From the NCBI GenBank assembly GCA_033764015.1, contig JANRJK010000036.1, positions 96,001-160,000 of the forward strand: a stretch of DNA of 64,000 bases, given 5' to 3'. A program made the position numbers and the translations under genes. Below, piece after piece: positions 57,146 to 64,000 of this stretch. Source of the stretch: Candidatus Sumerlaeia bacterium. Its GTDB lineage: Bacteria > Sumerlaeota > Sumerlaeia > SLMS01 > JANRJK01. Position 1 is the stretch's first letter. Each line of letters begins with the position of its first letter. The notes beneath the pieces are model-generated. The model was given only the letters and a program-made list of their open reading frames with translations, was not told the origin of the DNA and did not search any database.

Positions 57146-57559
57146 TCAGCCCTGCTGCGCCTGCCCCTGCTGCATCATCGCGAGTTCCTTCGGCGTCAGG
57201 CGCGAGGACAGGCGCCCGAGCGCCTTGTTCATCGAGATGAAGAGCGTGTGCCAATCGAGCTGCAGCTTGGAGTAGGTCGACTCCTGGAGCGTCTTGAGGT
57301 CGTTCAGGCTCATGGTCTCGGAAAGCACGGCGACGATCTTGTCGGCGTCGGGCATGTCGTCGCCGACGAGCTCCTGGAACTTGTACTGGTTGAGCGCGAG
57401 TAGGCTGACGATCTGCGCGAACTCCATCTCCATCTCGTTGGTGATCACCTTGTCGGCGAGGGGATCGGAGAAGAAGTTGAAGTAGCGCTGCCAGAGCATG
57501 GCGTACTCGCGGCAGACGGCGATGCGGTTTGGCGTCGAAGTGTGGTTGGGCTTCTTCAC
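57146..57559 (-). CDS. Hypothetical helical protein, paralogue of 61193..61705
   Basis: 137 aa with strong GC3 bias. Shares W-x15-IT.E.E..F....S..A and DK....L....S......L.......L..DWH..FI......G with the 61193 ORF. Confidence 0.85.
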   Translation of the reverse strand: MKKPNHTSTPNRIAVCREYAMLWQRYFNFFSDPLADKVITNEMEMEFAQIVSLLALNQYKFQELVGDDMPDADKIVAVLSETMSLNDLKTLQESTYSKLQLDWHTLFISMNKALGRLSSRLTPKELAMMQQGQAQQG

Positions 57560-57614
57560 GGGGCTGAGCGCCGCATGCGCGGCGTCCCTTCGCGGGTGTC
57601 GGGGTGGCGGGGGC

Positions 57615-57752
57615 TCACGCGCCCTTCTTGTTGAAGACGCCGAGGGCGTAGAGGCAGTAGGCCACCACGACCACCACGGCGACGATCACGCCGATCTCGA
57701 CCCAGTAGACGTAGTTGATCTTGTTGAAGAAGTTCTGGAGTCCGCGGGGCAT
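57615..57752 (-). CDS. 45-aa single-TM microprotein (not in ORF track)
   Basis: RBS GAGGA 7 nt upstream of ATG. Translates to MPRGLQNFFNKINYVYWVEIGVIVAVVVVVAYCLYALGVFNKKGA. Nearly all codons end in G/C. Confidence 0.8.
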   Translation of the reverse strand: MPRGLQNFFNKINYVYWVEIGVIVAVVVVVAYCLYALGVFNKKGA

Positions 57753-57805
57753 CTTCGGGTCCTCGTGTGGTGGCTGCTAGCGCGCGGCGGGGCGGGGGGG
57801 GCGCC

Positions 57806-60800
57806 TTAGCGCCCCCCGGCCATCCCGATCTGCAGCTTGTTCTCGCGGAACGCGGTGACGTCGTCGAGCAGGCGCGCCTCGACGGTGACGAGGCGGCTGT
57901 TCGAGGAGTTCACGCTCTGGTAGGCGGAGTTGACCGTCGCCTCCACCTGCGCGGCGGAGAACGAATCGAAGGCGCGCATCTTCTCGAACTGCGTGGCGGC
58001 GACGCGGCCCTCGTTGAGCGCGTCGACGAGTTGCTCGTGGACGTTCTCGTAGCCGCGCGGGACCACCATGCGGATCGCTGAGAGGTAGAGGCCCTCGGTG
58101 GCTTCGCGGTACTCGGTCGGCGTGGTGCGGGTGGCGATGGCGACCATGCGGGTGGAGCCGCCGTTGGACGCCAGGGACTTCACCTGGGAGGCGTCGAGGC
58201 CGAGGATCTGGGCGAAGTTCGCCTGCGCCTCGCGGTAGCGCGCGATGAGGCTGGTGGCCTCGGCGATGTAGGCTTCCTTGTCGCGGCGGAGCGCCACTTC
58301 GTTGACGAGGGAGATGGCCTGCTCGAGGTTCGTGTGGGCCGACTTGTAAAGGCCGCGGCGGTAGTCGAGGCGGGCGCGGTTCAGATAGGTGCGCGCCTCC
58401 TCGACCACGGGTGCGGCATAGCCTGCGGCGCCGTTCTCGACCAAGTCCTCAAGCCGCTTCTCCTGCGCGTCGGCGACTTCGGCGACGGTGTCGTCGGTGG
58501 TCTCAAGCGTGCCGCGAAGCATTCCCTCGAGCTTGGTCAGCTCCGTGACGACGAGGTCGTAGTTCTGGCCGTCGTAGAGGTTTTCGAGTTCCATGAGACG
58601 GGTGCGGGCCGCCGCGGACTCTTCCGGCTGGAAGAAGTTGATGCCCTGCGCGGTGCCTTCGTCGAGGTTGTCGCGGAGGCGTCCGATCATGAGGGCGACG
58701 TTGCCGTCGCGGCTGCTGGCGCTGACGGAGGTTGCGACCTCGCGGGCGGAGACGGCGAGTTGGTTGCCGGCGGCGTAGTCGCCCTGTTCGAACTTGAGGC
58801 GCGCTTCGCGGATGCGGGCGCCGGCCAAGCCGGTCGAGCGCGGGTCGGAGTCGAACCCGCCGACCGCCTTCGCGGTGGCGAGGGCGGCCTCGGCGTCGAG
58901 GATCTTCTTGAAGAGGGCGGCGTCGGCTCGTCCGCGGGCGGCGTCGGCTTGGTCGACCGCCTTCTCGTAGTCGGCGCTGGCGTAGAGGCTTCGCGCGGAC
59001 TGGAGAAGGTTGCGCGCGTCGAGCATCCCGCGGCTGGCGTAGAGTTCCGCGCCGGCGTCGGCCGCGCGGCGGATCGTGTCCTGCGCCGCGGCGAGGGAGT
59101 CGTCGGCGGCGGCGCGGAAGGCTTCGCGGACGGCCTGCTGCGCGAGGCGCGTGGCGGCGTCGGCGTTTTCCACGGCGAGCTTGAGCTGGGCCTCGCCGAG
59201 GTTGGCCTCCGCCTGGTCGATGAGCTTCTGCACTTCGTCCAGCATGGAGCTGCGGTACTTGCGGACCGTGTCGCTGCCTGCGTTGTCGCGGGCTTCCTTG
59301 GCGCGTGCGAGGTTGACGTTCGCGCGTCCTGCGATCGCCTGGGCCATCAGCTCGACGTTCGCGCGGGCTTCCGCGGCGCGCTCGACCGCTGTGCGGAAGT
59401 TGCCCGCGGCGATCTCGCCCTTCACCTGCGTCAGGTCCGCCTGGCTGCGCGCCAGCTCGTCCGCCGCGTACTCGGTGGCGCCGTCGCGCTCGTAGCGCGA
59501 GATGAGGTTCGCGAGCTGGATCGACGCGTTGTGGGCGACGTTGTGGTACACGCCGTCGAGGACCGCGAGGCCGTCGGCGCGGACCTCTTCGGCCTGCAGG
59601 ATCGACTGCTTGTAGCGCGCGTCGCGCTGGTTCTGGAAGGCGCCTTGGAGGTTGCGGCGGGCGTTTTCGAGGCGCTGGCCGAGTTCGAGGCGGCGCGACT
59701 CCTTCTGGGTTTCGAAGACCGCCTGCTCGGGCGTGAGGTTCGCGGAGTCCTGCGGGGCGAAGACCTCGCCCATGCGGTCGTAGACCGTCTGGGTGGTTTC
59801 GATCTGGTCGCCGGCGGCGCGGATGGCGGCGATCGCGAGGTCGTTGAACGCCTCGTTGATCGTGTCGTTCACGTCGATGGCGCGGAGGCTGAGTTCCTTG
59901 ATTTCGTCGAACGCTTCGATGGTGTCGCGCTGGCGGATCGCGCGTGCTTCGCCGAGGACCGCTTCGAGCGCGTCGATGCGCCCCGGGAGGTACTCGCGGA
60001 CGCCGCCCTCGACGAGGGTGTCGATGTTGCGCTGGATGCTGGCGATGCGCGCGTCGGAGGCGGCGCGCTTGGTGTTGAGCACCAGCGTCTCCGCGCTCGG
60101 CCGCACCTGGTTGGCGCCCTCGAGGACGCGGTCGTAGCGGGCCGACTGGAAGTCCGAAAGGATGCCCTGGTTCAGGCGGTTGACCTTCTCGAACTCCTCC
60201 GGGACGTACTCGGTGGCGCCTTCGAGGAGCGCGGTTCCGAGGAGTCCTTCGATGGCGTCGAGCTGCTCGCGGCTCTTCTGGCGCTTGACCGTCTCGATGC
60301 CCGAGGAGGCCTCGGTGGCGGCGGCGTCGAACTCGATCGTGGCGAGGTTGTAGTCGCGCTGGTTGTCGGCGATGTTGATCGCGCCCTGGATGCGGTCCTT
60401 GACGGCGATGACGACTTCGGGGGCGTAGACCTGCCCGCCCTCCGCCTGGAGGTCCGTGAGGCGCTGCTCGGCGGTGACGCGGGAGCGCTTGGCGGCGGCG
60501 GCGAGCGGCGAGAGCGCGGTGCGCACCTCGGTGATGATCTGGCGGCCGATTTGGATCAGCTTCTCGTTCTCGTTCTCCGCGCGGAGCGCGTCGGCGTCGC
60601 CCTTGAGTTCGATGATGCGGGCGTAGCGCTCGGCGTCGCGGACGGAGATGTTGTTCGTGTCCCCGACGCGGATTTCCTCGAGCGCCTGGTTGTAGACGGC
60701 GTTGGCTTCGCTGGAGAGCACCTTGATGAGCGTCTGCTCGGCGGTGCTGGAGGCGGAGCGCGCGGCGGCGAGGGCTTCGGAGCCCGCGCCGGCGGCGGCG

Positions 60801-61009
60801 GAGGAGTTCGCCCGGTCGATGTCGCGCTGGATCGCTTCGAGTTCGTTCGGCGCGTGCGTCGCGCCGTTCAACTCGGTCTGCATCCGCGTGAGCGACTCGG
60901 TCGCCTTCTTCAGGTTGTTGCGCGTCTGCAAGTCCGTGCAGGACGTGAGCAGCGAGACCGAGAGCATGGTCGTCGCGAGAATCATCCGGAACCGACGCCG
61001 GTTACGCAT
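57806..61009 (-). CDS. Large alpha-helical repeat lipoprotein (about 10 DUF4398-like repeats)
   Basis: RBS GGAGGAG. Basic N-region, hydrophobic stretch and lipobox LTSC. Recurrent G(A/G)xxY(A/V/L)P-like turns between Ala-rich helices. Confidence 0.85.
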   Translation of the reverse strand: MRNRRRFRMILATTMLSVSLLTSCTDLQTRNNLKKATESLTRMQTELNGATHAPNELEAIQRDIDRANSSAAAGAGSEALAAARSASSTAEQTLIKVLSSEANAVYNQALEEIRVGDTNNISVRDAERYARIIELKGDADALRAENENEKLIQIGRQIITEVRTALSPLAAAAKRSRVTAEQRLTDLQAEGGQVYAPEVVIAVKDRIQGAINIADNQRDYNLATIEFDAAATEASSGIETVKRQKSREQLDAIEGLLGTALLEGATEYVPEEFEKVNRLNQGILSDFQSARYDRVLEGANQVRPSAETLVLNTKRAASDARIASIQRNIDTLVEGGVREYLPGRIDALEAVLGEARAIRQRDTIEAFDEIKELSLRAIDVNDTINEAFNDLAIAAIRAAGDQIETTQTVYDRMGEVFAPQDSANLTPEQAVFETQKESRRLELGQRLENARRNLQGAFQNQRDARYKQSILQAEEVRADGLAVLDGVYHNVAHNASIQLANLISRYERDGATEYAADELARSQADLTQVKGEIAAGNFRTAVERAAEARANVELMAQAIAGRANVNLARAKEARDNAGSDTVRKYRSSMLDEVQKLIDQAEANLGEAQLKLAVENADAATRLAQQAVREAFRAAADDSLAAAQDTIRRAADAGAELYASRGMLDARNLLQSARSLYASADYEKAVDQADAARGRADAALFKKILDAEAALATAKAVGGFDSDPRSTGLAGARIREARLKFEQGDYAAGNQLAVSAREVATSVSASSRDGNVALMIGRLRDNLDEGTAQGINFFQPEESAAARTRLMELENLYDGQNYDLVVTELTKLEGMLRGTLETTDDTVAEVADAQEKRLEDLVENGAAGYAAPVVEEARTYLNRARLDYRRGLYKSAHTNLEQAISLVNEVALRRDKEAYIAEATSLIARYREAQANFAQILGLDASQVKSLASNGGSTRMVAIATRTTPTEYREATEGLYLSAIRMVVPRGYENVHEQLVDALNEGRVAATQFEKMRAFDSFSAAQVEATVNSAYQSVNSSNSRLVTVEARLLDDVTAFRENKLQIGMAGGR

Positions 61010-61192
61010 CGTTCAAACTCCTCCGAGGAGCGAGGATGTACCCACCGCCCGGGCTTGGGGCCTGATATTCAACGGTCAATAACCGTGGCGATGAACAGCT
61101 TCGAGGTGTGACTGTGGCAAATGTTTTCGCGCCGTCCCCGGTCACCCGGGCGGGCGGTGCGGCACTGGCGCCGACGGCATTGGCGGCGACGG

Positions 61193-61705
61193 TCATTTCT
61201 TCTTCGAGGCCCCGGCGCCCTTGATGCCGGCGAGCGTGGTGCCGCCGCCCGGCGCGCCGGAGGCGGCCATTTTCTTGCGCGGCGGCGGGACGTAGCCTTC
61301 CGAGAGGAACTTGAACACGCCGACGGAGCGCGAGAGCTGGATGAAGATGCCGTGCCAGTCCTTGAGCAGCGTGCGGCGGTCCGGCGGCGTGAGCGAGCGC
61401 ATGTGGCCGACGGAAACGCATTGCTTCAGGAGCACCGCCGCCTTGTCGCCGCCGGTGTAGAATTCCTTCTCCTTGATGCGCTCCGCCACGGACCGCATGG
61501 CGCGGGCGATCTGCGACTTGACCTCGAGGAAGCCGCTCTCCTCCTCCGGCGTGATGGCCTCTTCGGAGAACGCCTTGGCGAGGTAGCGGCGGAAGCCGAG
61601 CCATTGCTCCAAGGCGCCTTGCACCAGCGCCAGGTTCTCCTGGATCTGGGGCATCTTCATCGCGAAGGGCACCAAGTTCTTGTTCTTCTTGAAGAAACCG
61701 AGCAT
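61193..61705 (-). CDS. Hypothetical helical protein, paralogue of 57146..57559
   Basis: 170 aa with MLGFFKK N-terminus, ITPEEESGF, DWHGIFI and a Lys/Gly-rich tail. Confidence 0.85.
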   Translation of the reverse strand: MLGFFKKNKNLVPFAMKMPQIQENLALVQGALEQWLGFRRYLAKAFSEEAITPEEESGFLEVKSQIARAMRSVAERIKEKEFYTGGDKAAVLLKQCVSVGHMRSLTPPDRRTLLKDWHGIFIQLSRSVGVFKFLSEGYVPPPRKKMAASGAPGGGTTLAGIKGAGASKKK

Positions 61706-61732
61706 CGGCGCGTCCGGGCGTTTGGAGATGGA

Positions 61733-62794
61733 TCAGAAGTAACGGCTGCTGGCGGCGCCGAGCGGCTGCCCGGTGACGGGGTCGTCGACGGAGCGCCCGC
61801 GGAGCAGGTCGCCAAGGGAGTTGGCGTCCGTGACACTCACGGGGCCTCCCTCTCCGCCGTCCGCGCCGGCGCCGTCGGAGCCCGCGGCCTGGGCGTTCGC
61901 GCGCGGCGAGAACGTGGCGGGCAGCGGCAGGCTGGGCGCCTTGGGCGGGACGGGCAGGTGCGTCGGGATGAATTTGCTCGTGCGGTCCGCGGGGTCCTCG
62001 CGGAAATCGCGCAGGAAGCGGTCAGACCAGTCGTAGAGGCGCGCGTCGCGTTCCGTCTCGAGGCCGGCGATGAGGTAGGGCTTGTCGCCGGTGCGGACCA
62101 TTTGGACGTCGATCAGCTTCGGCAGCGAGGAGACGTGGTCCTGCGTGGCGACGCGGACCTGGAAGAAGTCCTGCGGGGAGAAGTTCTCGAGGGAGCCGAG
62201 GGCGTTGAGGAGGCGCGTGCGGATGTAGAATTCCTCGGGCGCGATGTAGCGCACCTCGGAGGTGCGGTTGAACTCCGTGACGTTGGTGAAGACGCCGTCG
62301 TTCGCCACCGTGTCGCCGCCGCTGGCGCCGTCGTCGAAGTAGCCGTCGGTGATGATGAGCTGCACGGAGCGGGCGTCCTGGAGGATGACGCCGGAAATCG
62401 CGGAGCGGACGCGGGTTCCGCCGATGCCGCTCTTCGCGCGGAGGTTTCCGCCGCCGACCGAAACAGGGCCGGAGAACGAGGTGTCCTCGCCGAAGAGGTC
62501 GCCGCCGGGGGCGGGGGGCGGCGCGCCGAACGGGCTGGCAGCGGGGCCGCCGCCCGGAGGCGGTCCGCCGAAGGGGCTGGCGGGCGGGGCTTGGCTATCG
62601 CCGGGGCCGGGCTGGTTCAAACCGGTGCGGACCCGGTCGAACACCGAACCGCTGTCGATGCCGCCGGAGGCGCTGCCGGAGGACAGCGTGTCCATGGCGT
62701 CGGTGGGGGGCGCGAAGGGGTTCGGCGATTGCGCTTGGGCCGCGCAGGCGGCCGCCAGCGCAAGCGTCGCGGCGAAGTATGCTCGAAGGCTCAT
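61733..62794 (-). CDS. Secreted protein with Pro/Gly-rich N-region and DDG..GD..A.DG.FT (choice-of-anchor X-like) motif
   Basis: Signal peptide MSLRAYFAATLALAAACAAQA; YFDDGASGGDTVANDGVFTN. Confidence 0.75.
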   Translation of the reverse strand: MSLRAYFAATLALAAACAAQAQSPNPFAPPTDAMDTLSSGSASGGIDSGSVFDRVRTGLNQPGPGDSQAPPASPFGGPPPGGGPAASPFGAPPPAPGGDLFGEDTSFSGPVSVGGGNLRAKSGIGGTRVRSAISGVILQDARSVQLIITDGYFDDGASGGDTVANDGVFTNVTEFNRTSEVRYIAPEEFYIRTRLLNALGSLENFSPQDFFQVRVATQDHVSSLPKLIDVQMVRTGDKPYLIAGLETERDARLYDWSDRFLRDFREDPADRTSKFIPTHLPVPPKAPSLPLPATFSPRANAQAAGSDGAGADGGEGGPVSVTDANSLGDLLRGRSVDDPVTGQPLGAASSRYF

Positions 62795-62935
62795 CGAGGG
62801 CACCGGTTGCCTCCGTCCGGAGGGAATTGTGCGAACGCGTTGTTGACCTCCCTGTTGTAGCGCCGGTGGGCGCGTGGCGGTCAACACCTCATGCATGGTC
62901 GCGTCCGCGAGCTCGAACCGCAAGCGGAACGCGCG

Positions 62936-63856
62936 CTACTGCGAGTCGCCGCCACCGTACGGTGGGCGGGTCTCCGCCACGAGGGAGGAGGCCTGCGCGC
63001 CGCTGCCGCCGCGTTCCTCGTCGAACTGGTCCGCGGAGGGGTTGCCGCCGCCGCGCCCTTGGCTGCTCTCGCCCTCGACGTGGCCGGATTCGCCCTGCGC
63101 GTCGCGCCGCCAGAGGTAGATGTAGCCGCGGAACCGGTAGCCGCGCGGGTCGCTGTGCACGGACTGGAAGGTGTTCGGCTTGATGAACCCCTGGTAGTGC
63201 GAGTTGATGATGGCGTCGTAGCCCTCGAGCACCTGCTTCTGGAAGAGCTTCGGGTACACGGACTCGTGGTAGCGGCGCGCGACGGTGGCGATGAAGTCGG
63301 CCACCTGGAGGCCGGCGGACTCGACTTCCTTCTGCATCATCGGGGTGGCCACGAGCGGGCTGGTCTTCGCGATCGCCGAAACCGTGTGGACGAACTGCAG
63401 CTCGGTGAGCACGCGCTGCTCGTCGGGGCGGCCTTCGGGGATGACGATGCAGCCGAGGCTGGACTGCTCGCGGAGGTGCTGGGCGATGGGGCGCGAGAGG
63501 TACTGGTAGGCGAGGGGGACCAGCCAGGACGGGTGGGCCGGCTTGTCGGTGGTCCGCTTGTCGACGACGACGAGGAAGAACTTGATTCCGAGGCCGGCGA
63601 CGACGCGTTCGAGGCTCTTGCAGTAGGCGAGCGACCAGGGGCGCTCCGCGTTCCGCGGATGGAGGAGGTCGTTCGCGTCCATGCGCGTCATGGCGGGACG
63701 GTAGTTCTTGCGCTGGAAGGAGCGGTGCAGGCCGTTGATGCGGGCCTGGAGGGTCTTCCACTTGGAGCCGGGAACGGAGAGGCCGCCAAGCGACCAGAAG
63801 TGGCCCGAGTTACCGTCGATGGCTTTTCCCGACTGCTGGAAGTAGATGAAGTGCAT
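62936..63856 (-). CDS. DUF3800-like (RNase H-fold) protein with degenerate acidic motifs
   Basis: MHFIYFQQSG (family pattern YxDESG), F.SLGGL, VVVDK, GCIVIPE (pattern iI.DE) and SAGLQVADFIA (QxAD). RBS AGGAG. Confidence 0.78.
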   Translation of the reverse strand: MHFIYFQQSGKAIDGNSGHFWSLGGLSVPGSKWKTLQARINGLHRSFQRKNYRPAMTRMDANDLLHPRNAERPWSLAYCKSLERVVAGLGIKFFLVVVDKRTTDKPAHPSWLVPLAYQYLSRPIAQHLREQSSLGCIVIPEGRPDEQRVLTELQFVHTVSAIAKTSPLVATPMMQKEVESAGLQVADFIATVARRYHESVYPKLFQKQVLEGYDAIINSHYQGFIKPNTFQSVHSDPRGYRFRGYIYLWRRDAQGESGHVEGESSQGRGGGNPSADQFDEERGGSGAQASSLVAETRPPYGGGDSQ

Positions 63857-63867
63857 GGGGGGTGCTC

Positions 63868-63999
63868 CTACGCGTCAGAATGGGGGAGGGTATTGATTCG
63901 GGTGGACCTAGTGCTTCGCGTCCCGGTGCATTGGGTAGACTCCGCGGCCTTGCCGCGGGGAGCCGGGTACTCCGTCCCCGCGTCGAAGATCGAAGGGGG
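63868..63999 (-). CDS. Possible 3' end of an upstream co-oriented gene (truncated by window edge)
   Basis: Open frame PPSIFDAGTEYPAPRGKAAES...SDA* whose TAG overlaps the DUF3800 RBS. Too short to identify. Confidence 0.3.
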   Translation of the reverse strand, partial: PPSIFDAGTEYPAPRGKAAESTQCTGTRSTRSTRINTLPHSDA

Positions 64000-64000
64000 T

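Overview
Very GC-rich bacterial chromosome segment (about 70% by eye). The LPS heptosyltransferase and Wza/Wzc indicate a diderm envelope. The pilin-like protein ending in YDPTNG..GDI, the membrane-anchored ECF sigma factor and the dockerin-like tail resemble Candidatus Sumerlaeota/BRC1 or PVC-like organisms (inference only). The window is gene-dense and mostly housekeeping: RND permease (partial), PilB/GspE ATPase, ATP-dependent ligase/Lhr-type helicase/PdeM cluster, dnaG, Rrf2 regulator, wzc-wza, recJ, waaF, DUF58-transglutaminase, RNase E/G, yidC-khpB, cysK, MBOAT-SGNH acylation pair, mnmG, tRNA-Ser(GGA), SRP RNA, rpmB, accD, UDP-glucuronate decarboxylase, pyrH and ilvC. I saw no CRISPR array, integrase, transposase or prophage gene. 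The best candidate for an undescribed system is the co-oriented minus-strand block at 57146-63856. It encodes a DUF3800-like RNase H-fold protein whose acidic motif reads QQSG instead of DESG, a secreted protein with a Ca-binding-type motif, two paralogues of an unrecognised helical family (IT.E.E..F ... DWH..FI), a 1067-aa lipoprotein with about 10 DUF4398-like repeats, and a 45-aa membrane microprotein absent from the ORF track. Other items of note: a 46-aa tail-anchored microprotein coupled to rne, an SRP RNA whose 3' arm can also fold as its terminator, a head-to-head pdeM/ligase arrangement, and a recurrent TTGAC-N17/18-NNNNNT promoter pattern. Family assignments come from motif recognition, not database searches.
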